NCBI GenBank assembly: GCA_964016885.1
Contig: OZ024742.1
Coordinates: 261,950,001-262,014,000, forward strand
DNA from: Eledone cirrhosa
Taxonomy: Eukaryota
Direction of reading: 5' to 3'
Length of the DNA: 64,000 nt
The notes under the pieces were generated by a model. It was not told the origin of the DNA. It was given only the letters and a program-made list of their open reading frames with translations, and did no database searches. Positions 14,361 to 27,070 of this stretch are shown here, one piece after another. Positions within the stretch are counted from its first letter, which is position 1; every line of letters begins with the position of its first letter. Position numbers and translations under genes: made by a program.

Positions 14361-14364
14361 ATAT

Positions 14365-14466
14365 ACAGCTTCCATAGCATTGTACAGTTGTTTCTTTAAA
14401 TGTTCAATAAATTACAGAAGGAGATGCACTTACATTGAAGCATTATCACCTGCATTCTTCCCACCT
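14365..14466 (-). pseudogene. Diverged intronic duplicate of the 5' part of SMG1 exon 1752-1879
   Basis: agcattgtacagttgtttctttaaatgttcaataaattacagaaggagatgcacttacattgaagcattatcacctgcattcttcccacct aligns colinearly with 1791-1881; in-frame TAA stops in the parental frame. Confidence 0.9.
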
Positions 14467-14813
14467 ATCTTAGGATGATAATAATTATGTGCTTGACTAG
14501 CAAAGACACATACACACAAATATGCACATAACCTAATGGTTAGAGTGTTGAACTCGACTGGGAGGCAAGACGCTTCATTTTACATAGATTTCATATGAAT
14601 GTAGCCTTTTATCATTAAAACACTTAAGAAACGTATAAGATGCAAACTAAACCTATATAGGTGTGAGCTGTAACATGATAGGACTGGGGCCCCTTTCCTT
14701 AAAACACACAGGAAATTGCCTGTGAGATACTACCTCATAGACAGCCAGGTAATCCTGCATTATTATGGGGTGTAAAATTCATGATAGGACTAATATTAAA
14801 ATATCTAAGAAGA

Positions 14814-15108
14814 GGCACATGGCTTAGTGGTTAGAGCATTGGTCTTGCAATCGAAAGGTTGTGAGTTCAATTCTCAGACCGGGTGATGTGTTGTTTCCTT
14901 GAGCAAGACACTTTATTTCACATTGTTCCAGTTTACTCAGCTGTAGAAATGAGATGATAAGGACTGGAGTCTCTATCATTCCACTGTAAAGTGGTCGTGG
15001 AGGTGCCACGGCAAAAAAGCACCCAGCTGTAGAAATCACGCCAGAATCAGTTCCCGTCCCACCCTTGCAAGCAGGGAAAAAGCGGACATAAAATGAAATG
15101 ATGATGAT
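14814..15108 (+). mobile_element. tRNA-derived SINE, young family (internally deleted copy)
   Basis: A box TGGCTTAGTGG, B box GTTCAATTC, central tccttgagcaagacactttatttcacattg domain, (ATG)n tail; near-identical to 24182, 37335 and 56905 copies. Confidence 0.85.
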
Positions 15109-15208
15109 TCCTACACAATGCAACATCATATGAGGTTGGTGAAACTTATGAAAAAGCAGGCATGACCCATAATAAAAACAACATACACACAAAGTCAAGA
15201 TGACCTAC

Positions 15209-15398
15209 CACAATGAGATTATTCTTGGTGTTGTAAATTTCGGCAAGAGCAGCAAGGTTGAAGACCAGCACAGTTTCTGCCTGTTTAACATTGTATTCTT
15301 TCTTTGCAAAAGCATTATCTGCAATGATGAAATGCTTCCCCTCACCACATTCTGCCAGTAATCTGTTGTAAGCAACTTCAATATCTCCAACCACATTC
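15209..15398 (-). CDS. SMG1: SMG1 exon (190 nt): NVVGDIEVAYNRLLAEC...AETVLVFNLAALAEIYNTKNNLIV
   Basis: tttgtag acceptor, gtaggt donor; resembles SMG1 ..FDLSALTTIGNAKNSLI. Confidence 0.92.
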
Positions 15399-15974
15399 CT
15401 ACAAAACAAGTTGATTAAAACATTACCAAACAACGACAACAATTAGGGGCTAACCTTGTAGGCCCCACGACAAGCTTCATATCTGTGATGGGTTTATTTT
15501 TGAGTCAGTGTTTTACAGCTGGATGCTCTAGCCTGGTGCAAACCCTTTTAGTCACCTCTTACATGTTGGGACATGGTGTACCTATTTTAAACTGGATACA
15601 CACAATAATTAAAACATTAATAAACATTCAAAAATGAACAATCAAAACTCTACACTTTAAAATAATGAAGATGGATTTATCAATGCTTTATAATGTCTCA
15701 AATGTGAAAGATAGTTCAGATGATATATGAGTAGTATTTAGTTCTCAATAACATAGAATTATATATAACTATCAGTATATAGTATTTAGTCACCATAATG
15801 TAGAATTATATGTACTGGATATACTTGCATATGAGCTGAGAAATATGTGATAAAACAAGAAACAAATGTGGTAAAAAAAAAATCATTACATAATGGAGTT
15901 ATGAAACAAAAACTATGATCTAAGCTAGACTTAATATTAAAATATTAAAACTTTGTAACCATATTCTTTGTAAC

Positions 15975-16009
<35 letters not shown>

Positions 16010-17106
16010 AGTCCACGCTGTAATGTGGCCGTGTAGGTAACACGGTAAAATGTTCCCAGTTCCACACTGTAAATATGGTTGGTGTTAGGAAGGGCATCCA
16101 GCCGTAGAAAGCCTGCCAGATCGTCCTATATGAGTGAGACACAGTCACCCGACCAACCTTGCCTCAAGTGGCACAACTCCCGTCTAACCCATGCTCGCGT
16201 GGAAGATGGACGTTAAACGATTCCACTCATGAGAATTTCTAAAATGCACCATCTAAACAATGTGATTAGCTGCCTTAGATTATACAAGGGGGTTTGGAGT
16301 TTTGCCCATTTCTCAGTCATAAAATAGGGATGTGCTTATATTTGAGTTTATAGGGTAATTATCTGTAAACAGTATTTAGTTTCTGACAATGTAAAATTAT
16401 ATGTAGTTATCAGTATATAGTATTTAGTCTCCAATAATGTAGAATTATATGTAGCTATCAGTATATAGTATTTAGTTTCCAACCTTTAAATATTGAACCG
16501 CTTATGTCTAATATCTAAAACACAGAAATATGACTACATTTGTTCATTCTTTAGTATTTACCCGATCCAAAACTAGTATTAATCCTTTCATTACCATATT
16601 TCTAATGAAATTCACAAGGGCCAGTTTCAGGCAATATGATAACAAAGACAACAATTTCTTCAAAGAGATCACACTTGATTCTTTTAAAACATTACCATTA
16701 GTAAAAGAGATACCAACAACCAATTCAGGCAGCAGCAAGTCACAACTATTCTTATTTTTATTACAACCATCACATTCTTTAAAGTGGTTGGCATTAGGAA
16801 GGGCATCTAGTCAAAGAAAGCATGCCAAACAAAAGACTGAAAGAACTCTTCAGTTTCGAACATATTACTTATGTCATTATAAAATGCTCACTGTAAAGTG
16901 TTGGTGTTAGGAATGGCACCCAGCTGTGGAAACCATGCCAAATATGGAACGTATGAGCAAGATGAAGTGTCTGACTTGTCTAACCTTGGACCATGACAAC
17001 CTATCCAACCTATGCCAGCATGAGATGCAGACTTAAAATGACGAGGAGGAGGATTCACATAAACAATACAAGACTATTGGGTTCAAGTGCAAGTAACACA
17101 GCATAC

Positions 17107-17183
17107 CTGTATGCTTCTTCTAATAATGGTACATTCTTTAAACTCATAACTCCATGGTAAACTGTCATCAGTTGGACACATAT
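17107..17183 (-). CDS. SMG1: SMG1 exon (77 nt): ICVQLMTVYHGVMSLKNVPLLEEAY
   Basis: tttatccag acceptor, gtatgc donor; SLKNVPLLEEAY resembles SMG1 SLKNIPVLETAY. Confidence 0.92.
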
Positions 17184-17814
17184 CTGGATAAAAGATAAAT
17201 ATGAAATGTTTACACAAAATATACATCAATCATCTATACTATTTCAACAGTGTCAACTACTATTGTTGTCCCACATCATTCTCTCAAATGCAATCCTCAC
17301 ATATAGAGATAAAGTCTGATCTTCAATAATATCTGGAAGACTTCAGGCTTCAATTTGTCTAATGTAGCCGTGTGGTCGTGTATGTATATTTACTCTTAGT
17401 TGTGATACACAGAGTATGTGAAGCAAATACTGTTGCATTTTTAACTGACATCATATTGACTCCGTAAATTTGCTGTCTTACACATGATATGTGGAGAAAA
17501 TATCACATACGCAGTTAGTGAGCTCGACATTTCTTTCTCAGCAGCAGGTGTAGATACTAGGAGAAGAAAGGAACCAATTATTAGATCAGCCCAAAGAAAT
17601 TGTTACCATTGGTTTTGCTAATACTGTCTGTCTGTCACAGATCCAGAATAGCTACCATAAAGCATCCTACCCTATACTTTCAACAATTGCAACAATCTAC
17701 TGTCCCTGGACTTTATTGACACCGAAAGTATGAAAGGTACAGTTCATCATGAGGGGACTCGTGCAGAGAGCTAGAAAAAATACCAAGGCATTTAGATACT
17801 AAGGGTTGAGCTCA

Positions 17815-18000
17815 TAAGACTCCTCAGTTCAGGGTAGCTACTGAGATGTCATAAGAATTTCAGTTCAGTTCAGGGTAGCTACTGAGATGTTATAAAACTT
17901 TCTTCAGTTCAAGGTAGCTACTGAGAGGTCACAAGACTTTCTTCAGTCAAGAATGGTTGCTTGGAGGTCATAAGACTTTCTTGAGTCAAGAGTAATTGCT
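17815..18000. repeat. Minisatellite, ~37-40 nt unit x ~5 (tcagttcagggtagctactgagatgtcataagactttct)
   Basis: Directly visible tandem units, diverging rightward. Confidence 0.8.
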
Positions 18001-18582
18001 AACACACCATACGGTCATGGAGAGTTTAGGATTCAGAATTTGGATGTCTAACCTTCCAACTCTATAAACATCTCCACTAAAGATGAAACACTACAATTTT
18101 ATTTTTTTATGTTCTCCAGGCAAATGTAAGATGCAGAGCCTAGTGGTTAGGATGTTGAACAGATACTCATAATATTCTGAGTTTGTTTCTTGGGTCTGGC
18201 AATGCATTATGTTATTCAGCAAGATGCTTCATTTCACATCACTTTTCATGATAGGACAGAGGCACCTATCATTAACACTCAAGAGAACTATGGGATACAA
18301 CTTCATAGGAAGCCAGCCAAATCTGCATAGATTTACGTAAATTTCATCTTTTTCATTTCAATTTTAATTATCAGATCATTTTCCTGCTCTATATCCAACT
18401 ATAATCTTTGTCATTATCATTTTTTTCATCCATTTTTTCAGGCTAGTATGAGTCAAATAAGATTTTTTAAAGCAGATTTTTTCTTATAGCTGGAAGCTCT
18501 TCCTGATGCCAACCCATGTTTTAAACGTTAGATGCAGGATATATTGTTCAAATTGGGTCATAAACATCACCTCTAGCTTTAA

Positions 18583-18792
18583 CTCTTAACATCCCGTATT
18601 GCATGAAACCACATTAGCAAGACATTCTTGAATTTTACAAAACAGTAGTATAATAGCATCATATCAAAAATATAAGTCTTTAGTTTACAACAAATTAACA
18701 CAATCTGTCCACTAGTAAAGATACTATAAACAACTAAATTAACAAACATGTTTTCAGATATTTTCTGCTAAATCATTACAGGATGTTAAGAG
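18583..18792. mobile_element. MITE with CTCTTAACATCC/GGATGTTAAGAG TIRs, TTAA-like TSD
   Basis: Terminal inverted repeats visible; degenerate second copy starts near 35733. Confidence 0.7.
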
Positions 18793-19248
18793 ATAAACAG
18801 TGTCAACATGAAGATGCACTGACACACACACACATACATATATAACAAGCTTCCACACAGTTTCTTCCACCAAATTCCATTTACAAGGCATTGATCAACC
18901 TGAGGCTATAATAGAAGACAGTGAGATCAAACCTGAAATCATGTGGTTGTGAATCAAACCCCAAAACCATGTCTATGCCTTATGCTTTCTACCTCCAATC
19001 ACTCATCTCCAAAATAATCTATCTATGGTCAACACCTTTACAAAAATAATGAAATTAAACATTGAATTATGGGCACAACTCATTTTTGCCAGGTGAATAG
19101 ACAAACAAATGTGAAGTAAAGTATCTTGCTCAAGGATACAAGGAGCCACCTAATCTGATAATCAAATTCATGATCATACGATCATGAGCCACTAAGCCAT
19201 GCACATTCACACACACACACATAGAAAATAATGAAATGGGAGACAAAC

Positions 19249-19350
19249 CTCTTCATGTTGGGAAAAGCGAAGTGTCTGTAATAAGGAGTTTGGTCCAAGA
19301 AGGGTACTGATGAAGTGGACTGGCAAATTAAAGTTCACAAATTCAACAAC
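19249..19350 (-). CDS. SMG1: SMG1 exon (102 nt): VVEFVNFNLPVHFISTLLGPNSLLQTLRFSQHEE
   Basis: atttag acceptor, gtttgt donor, phase 0/0; resembles SMG1 IVEQINTKLPSSFVEKLF. Confidence 0.88.
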
Positions 19351-19799
19351 CTAAATACATAAAATAAAAATAAGTTTGAAAAAGAGAAAAAATACAATAC
19401 TACATTAGTCATAAGGCTTAATGGTTAAGGCATTCAGTTTGTAGTCATGAGTTTGATTCCCAGACCAAGCAGTGCATTGTGTCCTTGAGCAAGACACTTT
19501 ATTTCATGTTGCTCCAATCCAAGAAGGAGCCAGCCTTGTCACACACTGTGCCATGCTGAATCTACTTGAGAATTACATTAAGAATACATGTGTCTGAGTA
19601 ATCCTTGGTCACTTGGACGTTAATTTTACGAGCTCGCTGTTCTGTTGATCAAACAATTGGAACACTGATCATTGCAACCGACACAAATATACAAAACATT
19701 TTGTCTGTCACTATTGATTCTGTTAATCCATTCAACAATAAGCAAAACGAATATAAAAATGATTTCTTTATATGTATATATATTTTTCTATTTATAATA

Positions 19800-20415
19800 A
19801 TAGTTTCTGATTTAGGCACAAAGCCAACAATTTTGGAGGAGGTGAAAGTCAATTAAATCGACCTTAGTGCGTTACTGGTACTTTATTTTATCAACTCGAT
19901 AAGGATGAAAAGTCAAGCTAACCTTGGAAGGATCTGAACTCAGAATGCAAAGGGCCATAACTATGTGCCACAAAGCATGATGTCCAACTTTCTACCCATA
20001 CTGCCAATCCATTAGTAATAATTGTTTCTACTTTTGGCACAAGGCCAGCAATTACCCAGTGCATTACTGGTACTTTATTTTATTGACCCCCGTAAGGATG
20101 AAAGGCAAAGTTAACCTCGGCGGGATTTGAACTCGGAAAGACAAGGGTCGTAACTATGCGTCAAAGCATGGCGTCCGACGCTCTACCGATACTGCCAATC
20201 CACCACCCTTAGTAATTATGGTTTCTAACATAGGCACAAGTTCAGCAATTTAGAGTGGGGTAAAATCAATTACATCAACCACAATACTTAACTGGTACTT
20301 TATTTCATTGACCCCAGAAGGATGACAGGCAAAGTTAACATTGGTTAGAACGTAAAGAACTGCAATTAAATGCCGCAAAGCATTTTGTCTGATGCCCTAA
20401 CAATTCTGCCAGATT
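19800..20415 (-). mobile_element. Three tandem copies of a tRNA-SINE segment
   Basis: ggcacaa..ccagcaatt...actggtactttattt..tgacccc..aaggatgaaaggcaaagtt recurs three times; the opposite-orientation copy at about 9335-9500 has a B-box-like gttcaaatcc. Confidence 0.7.
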
Positions 20416-20473
20416 TCTAACATTGACATAAAGTAATAAATTCTGCCAGAAAGTCACATAAATAGAGACATAC

Positions 20474-20625
20474 CTTTTGAATGATGGCTAACAGTGACAA
20501 GACAAACTTGTCACTGACATATCTATCCAATGTGATCTGAGAGGTGATGTAGGGTAGTAAAGTTTCAACATTGTGTACAAGGTTGGACTGCAACTGGTTT
20601 ACCAACAGTGTCAAGCAATAATTGG
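20474..20625 (-). CDS. SMG1: SMG1 exon (152 nt): NYCLTLLVNQLQSNLVHNVETLLPYITSQITLDRYVSDKFVLSLLAIIQK
   Basis: tttgtag acceptor, gtatgt donor; phases consistent. Confidence 0.88.
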
Positions 20626-20669
20626 CTACAAACAAACAACATAAAACATTAATCGTGAAACATTTAAAG

Positions 20670-20778
20670 CAGTGTTTCTCAACCTATTTTGCCCCATCCC
20701 CACCCCAAATGCACTCTACTATGATTGGACAAAGTTAGTATATACATCCCATCCAATGCTCCACATTGAGAAAGACTG
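20670..20778. mobile_element. hAT (Charlie-like) MITE
   Basis: TIRs CAGTGTTTCTCAA / TTGAGAAAGACTG; imperfect 8-bp TSD atttaaag / atttagaa. Confidence 0.65.
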
Positions 20779-21342
20779 ATTTAGAAGAGAGCAAGCAAAA
20801 TTGCTAAATATGTAATTATTTGTTGTTAAAAAAAAAAGGAGAAATCTTTTCAAAATTTTTTGAAATTCAAGACAAAATTCTATCATCTAAATATTTCTAT
20901 GTGATGCTGTATAAAAAAATGATTTTAAAGAGAAAATCTATGATAGATTATCTGGTTTAAAATGTTTTTTTTTAAACAATTTAACAAACCAAAATATTTT
21001 AAATTTCCCAAGTTCTCTCAGGTACAACAACTTCTAAGGTTTTCATTTACCCAAACACCTTCCTTGGTTTCCCTTTAATCCAACACAATCCTTGGTTTCT
21101 CCAAGGAAGATATTGGTGTAAGAAGTCCAAAAAAAACATTGGAAGGGAGAAGTTCAAGAAGTGAAAAGGCCAAGGATGGGAAAACCGAGTTTTATTTAGA
21201 CTGATACAAATTAAACTATATTTCCTGCTTTGGGCCTTAGATTTTAAGCTTATAACTTTATTTATAAACTAGCAGCTTCACCTAATAGCTGTTAAGTATC
21301 TGCTTAGAATAAATAAGCCTTCAAATATACCAATCAACTTAC

Positions 21343-21415
21343 CAACAATACGGACCCGTTCAGAAAATACAAATCTACTTGCATGTTCCACACTGCGTAT
21401 GATTTTCTCTAAGAC
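21343..21415 (-). CDS. SMG1: SMG1 exon (73 nt): VLEKIIRSVEHASRFVFSERVRIV
   Basis: ttttcag acceptor, gtaagt donor; resembles SMG1 VLYRVMRCV...FFSEAV. Confidence 0.9.
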
Positions 21416-22103
21416 CTGAAAAATAAAAGAGCCACAAACCATTTAATATTAACAGTAAGAAATTTTAGAAAACAATTCAGCTTGGCACCCACAATCTAAA
21501 GATGGGAAAACCAGTAGATTGTAAAGTGGCCAGTGATAGGAAAGGCATCCAGCTGTTGAAAACATGTCAAAGAGTTGAGAGGACTCTTCAGCTGTGTCAA
21601 GAACAAGACAACATCCCTAGTGTCAGTGCCATGAAATAATGCATGCAGTACACTGTAAAGTGATTAGTGATAAGAAAGACATCCAGTTGTAGAAACCATG
21701 TAAAAACTAGAATGCATGGAAGATGTGGTCCTTAGCACCTCTACGAGGACAGTAGCTACAATTACACACTGACTTGGCCTGTGATGATCTCACCAACAGA
21801 AGCAAGCACAGAGAAACGAATGGTAAATGTTGATGATGTGTAAAACAATTCAGAAAATAATTCAGCTTAGTATCCATAAAATGTTCCAATAACATTCTTT
21901 TTCTCTCATGTTTCAGCACTCAAATTCTTTAAATCATTTAGAAGAAATTAAAACTCCATCAGAATCCATTTAGTCACTGAGTGTTCAGTTTTTCTACACT
22001 AACTAATATGGGAAATCCCTCATAGATAAATACATATAAAATTGAACATTTTTTCTAGAATTCATAATTAAAACTTATGATGTAAATGAAGTTTACACCT
22101 TAC

Positions 22104-22280
22104 TTCTGATATATACTCCTTCGATATAGTTGATCCTTTGTTTGGTGAAAAGCTATCCCCAAGACTTCTGACAACAGTTGTGAAAACCTTGAGCAATGCA
22201 GAGATTTTAGTATTGCATTCCGACACAGCTGGGATCTCATCCTCAGTCATTATTTGTCCATTCACTTGCAGGTTCAAGTC
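22104..22280 (-). CDS. SMG1: SMG1 exon (177 nt): DLNLQVNGQ...KISALLKVFTTVVRSLGDSFSPNKGSTISKEYISE
   Basis: tctgaag acceptor, gtaagg donor; resembles SMG1 KLAALLRVFSTVVRSIG. Confidence 0.92.
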
Positions 22281-23505
22281 CTTCAGAAAAATAAAATAGA
22301 ACATGTAAGGAATACATTCAATTGCTGAAGGCCTGTGGCCTAGTGGTTAGGGTATTGGAAACACAATCATAAGGTTGTGGGTTAAATTCTCTAGCTGGTT
22401 AGCGCATTATATTTGTGAAAAGAACACTTTATTTCACATTGCTTTTCATGATAGGACTGGAGCCCCTATCATTAAAATACCAAAGAAACCTATGAAATGT
22501 AACTTTGTAAAAAGCAAGCTGAACCTGCTGTAAATTTCATTTCTTTCAATACATTTAACAGATTTACAGCATCTTAGTCATTTTCAGTTGTTTAAAACAT
22601 ACATGGAATGAACCTCTGTTAGATGTGAAAATGAGTGTTGAAATGAAAAAAAAAAAAAAAAAAGTTGTTTAATGAGTGATTTAATGACATGAGGCCCTAG
22701 TACTCTCATGTTAAAGTTCACAATTATGAGTTTAACTGATCTCCTGTGAAGTTGCATGTCATAGGAGGTTTCTTGGGTGTTTTTATCATAGAAAAGTGAA
22801 AATGTATGGATTAGTGGTTAGGGTGTTCGAATGCAGGAAATGGATTGTGTCCTTGAGCAAGACACTTTACTTCATGTTGCTCCAGTCCACTTAGCTGGAA
22901 AAAATAAGTTGTACCTATAATTCAAATGACAACCATATCACACACTATGTCATGCTGAATCTCCTTGAGGATTATGTTAACGGTACACGTGTGTGTGGAA
23001 TGCTCAGCTACATGCATGGTAATTTCCCAAACAGGCTCGAACACTCATCATTGGAATCAACAGAGATCCAATAACAACAATAATAAAAATAAAAATAAAA
23101 ATCAGGTACATATTCCATACAACTGATTAAGAGTATGAATCCTATATCCACAAGTTGTGGTTTTTAACTGCATTACATTGAATGTTGTTTTATTTTGGTG
23201 GGAGGATCACACAAAACATTGGCATGAATTAAATCAAGTGCACAAGATTATTTAACTTACTATCCTGCAATGATTTAGCAGAAAATATCTCAAAACTGGT
23301 TTGTTAAGTCAAATGTTTATATCTTTACTAGTGAACAGATCGCTGTAAAAATTTGTAGAAAACTAATTTCTAATGTAATGCAGACATATTGCTGTTTTGT
23401 ACTTTTCAAGAATGTCTTATTAATGCTGTTGTCTCATGCGGTTCAGGACATGGAGAATTAAAGATGTTTAGAAAATTTAACAAAAGACAAGAGAAAGAAT
23501 AATTA

Positions 23506-23700
<195 letters not shown>

Positions 23701-24181
23701 TCATTCAGAGATGAAAACAAAACAATAACTAAATTTTTTTTTTTTCCGAAATGATTTGAAAACCATAGACAATGTCTTTCATTAGAAATATGGTAACAAA
23801 AATTAAAATAATCAACTATTTTAATGAAGCACTAACATGTTTTATATTATAAGGATTGAGTAAAATGGAGTGGCTGATTTCTAGTATATTAATTGAAGAC
23901 ATCAAAATAACTACTATAATATATATATATAATATAAAATATATATAGAGAAAAATGACAGGAGGCTGGACAGGTTGAATTAAACGTGTATGTGTATATA
24001 TCATTCATCATCATCATTTCATTTTACGTCCGCTTTCAGCCAGAATCAGCTCCCATATGAGCAAGACAAGGTCAGCCGACCGGACACTGCCCACAACATG
24101 ACAACCCGTCTAACCCATGCTAGCATGGAAGAACGGACGTAAAACGGTGATGATGGAGAGAGAGAGGGAGGGAGAAAGAGA

Positions 24182-24513
24182 GGCATATGGCTTAGTGGTT
24201 AGAGCATTGGCCTTACAATCGAAAGGTTGTGAGTTCAATTCTCAGACTGGGTGATGTGTTGTTTCCTTGAGCAAGACACTTTATTTCACATTGCTCCAGT
24301 TTACTCAGCTGTAGAAATGAGATGATAGGGACCGGGGTCCATATCATTCCACTGCAAAGTGGTCGTGGAGGTGCCACGGGAAAAAAGCACCCAGCACTCA
24401 CTGCAAATGAGGTTGGTGTTAGGAAGGGCATCCAGCTGTAGAAATCAAGCCAGAATCAGTTCCTGTCCCACCCTTGCAAGCAGGGAAAAGCAGACGTAAA
24501 ATGATGATGATGA
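24182..24513 (+). mobile_element. tRNA-derived SINE, young family
   Basis: A/B boxes, central domain, RTE-type tail with (ATG)n end. Confidence 0.85.
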
Positions 24514-24936
24514 TATATATATGTATAAAAATTTCGAATTTCTAAAGAAACACAGTTTTAGGAAGCTGTAGTTATGTAAACACCGGGGCTAACATCCTCT
24601 GGTGGTGTCCAGCAGAAGCAAGGGGGACAACCGCCTATGCATTTCAGGCTTGACTGGCCTTCGTCAGGACGGTCCCTCCCACCGCTTGCTACTGCTGGAC
24701 TTGAAAACAGTCGACAATATATAGTTTTCTCGTCTGTGTAAATGAGGTGATTAATCTCATTTGCATATGAAGCTGCATAAGTTGGCTCAACTTATAATAG
24801 AATAGAAATAGTATTTCGCTTCAAGCATAGCTTTATACAAATATACATATTGTGGTGTTCTAGTGCTGCAGTGGCCTTTAACACTTTAGCATTTAAACTG
24901 GCCATATCCAGCCAGAATTCTCTCACCTTCCAATTA

Positions 24937-26196
24937 TCATAATCTATAAAGCTCAGTGTATGGACATGCTCCTTTGTTATAGAAATCTACAATATAGAAT
25001 TTCTTCAATTGAAATTTACAATTCAGTATTCGAAATAGCTTCGATTGCGTCTTGGCACATATACTTTTTTAAATTTCACCCACAATTACGCAAAAAATAG
25101 ATAAAACTCAATATTTTACGATTTTTCTCTCTCATTTAAACTGCTAAACTCTTTCCATTACCATTCAAAATCTATACAACTTCATACTTTCTGCTACTTT
25201 CTCTTTCCAAGCTTGATGGCGATACTCTCCGTTTTACTCTCTCATATCATCTGCTTGCCTCTATCTACAACCCACACATTTTGCTACTTTCTCTTTTATA
25301 CTTCAAACTTACTGATTTATTTCCAAACGCATACAAACACACACTCACTTCAAATGATAAACAAACATTTAAAGCAATTAAACAACGTGCGTGATTTATA
25401 ACCAAAAAAAGTAGAAACAATTATTACATTTCATACGAAACGACAATTATTCAAAAGCAACAGATACATTTATTCAACAACAAGCGATAAATCTTTTTTA
25501 AAACCTCTCAACGAACGTGGATTCTTACAGACTTTGAGTCGAATCGGTTTGAAATTGTGCAAATGTATAAACATGGAACATGTGCACACACACAACAACA
25601 ACAATCTGCCTTTTATAGATAATGATAAACAATAATATCCTCTATGAGGTCGCTAAACCTGCTAGAAACAGCAGCTAACTCTCCCCCATACCACACCCCT
25701 CCCTACTGTCTTAAATTTAGAAAACATATCTTCTGAGGTCACTAAACCTGCTAGAAACAGCAGCTAACTCTCCCCCATATCACACCACTCCCTACTGTCT
25801 TAAATTTAGAAAACACATATCCTCTATGAGGTCACTAAACCTGCTAGAAACAACAGCTAACTCTCCCTCATATCACAACCCTCCCTACTGTCTTAAATTT
25901 AGAAAACACACAGACAACCATGCAGAACAACTCCATCGCAGCTCTGTTGTTCGGCTGGCATCGTCTACGCGCGTGTTGCGCAAGTACTGTGAAACAATAA
26001 ATTTCAACACTTTTTTGCACAGAGATAATATCCATAGGCGAAACTACAATTGTCACTGCTGGCGCAGCTCCTGCTTCCAGGTCTGCAATTCATTCACCCA
26101 GTGCCTGGCAGACAAAAAAGTGCTGCCATAAAATGGGTGGTGCAACCTAACTTTGGTAACTTAATGACCCCGAGCAATGCCGGGCTTTAATGCTAG
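24937..26196 (+). mobile_element. Non-autonomous Helitron inserted into a TTAA MITE
   Basis: 3' end has hairpin CCCG-A-GC-AAT-GC-CGGG (26169-26184) then CTAG|T (26193-26197); 5' TC start at 24937 or 24943; flanks 24877-24930 and 26198-26260 match the two ends of the 11221-11419 MITE. Confidence 0.7.
25635..25908. repeat. Tandem repeat, ~91 nt x 3, inside the Helitron
   Basis: atatcctctatgaggtc.ctaaacctgctagaaaca.cagctaactctccc...ctactgtcttaaatttagaaaac starts at 25635, 25726 and 25817. Confidence 0.9.
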
Positions 26197-26944
26197 TATA
26201 AGATAAAGCCTTAACCACAAAAAATACAATAGTACATATAGAGTAATGCTAAAGGGTTAAATTAAATAGCAAATGTAAAAGAGGTGGCAATTAGTGGCTT
26301 CTATACTAACAATAGCTACAATTTTAATAAATTATTTTAATAAATTTTATGAATAAAACAAAATTATTTTCACTTTCTTGTTTTGCACACTGACATTACA
26401 TATCCATTGGTGCATGCATATATATATCATCATCATCACCGTTTCATGTCCATTTTCCAATGCTAGTATGGGTTAGACAAGTTGTCCAGTTTCAGGTCTC
26501 ATAGAGGCTTGCCATTTTGTTCCACATAGACAATGGGACAATACATAACCATAACACTATCCACTAAATTCCAGAAGATTGTTGATGGATGGTACCCTTC
26601 AATTATGACTGATCATGAGTTTGCACCTGGAAAGTTCCTCTCTGTGGCACAATCCTGGGCAAAGTGTTTTGTGGAGAACCAACCATCAACCATGCATACC
26701 AGCCTCCCCTCTACATGTCACCAATGTTGTCAAAAGGAAAAGTAAAGACTGATACAGCTTGGCACCAGTGTCATCACAACTTTTTTTTCCTACAGCTTAG
26801 TCAACTGGAATAATATGAAAGTCTCTCACTCAAGGATACAAAGCAATGCAGGATCTGAGAATCAAACTTACAACTTTATAATCCTGAGCCATACACCTTA
26901 ACAGAGTTTGATGGAGAAACACATGAACAAGTAAAGCAACTTAC

Positions 26945-27070
26945 CCTAAAATGAGAGTTGAACACATGAGGGTAGACCTTTGAAAGCTGCTGGATTATGT
27001 TGACAACAGCAATGAGAATCTCAGAACTGTCAGCATTCTCCAACAATGTCTGCACATTAGCCATTACATT
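26945..27070 (-). CDS. SMG1: SMG1 exon (126 nt): NVMANVQTLLENADSSEILIAVVNIIQQLSKVYPHVFNSHFR
   Basis: tctccag acceptor, gtaagt donor; YPHVFNSHFR resembles SMG1 YPHIFSTNFR. Confidence 0.93.

Noticed and set aside
14814-14885. tRNA-like sequences (also at 24182, 37335, 57120-57193 and other degenerate heads)
   Set aside because: SINE heads with A/B boxes but no proper cloverleaf, followed by SINE body; not tRNA genes.
17815-18000. ~37-nt repeats superficially like a CRISPR array (also 25635-25908)
   Set aside because: Units are contiguous with no unique spacers, no cas genes, and eukaryotic intron context.
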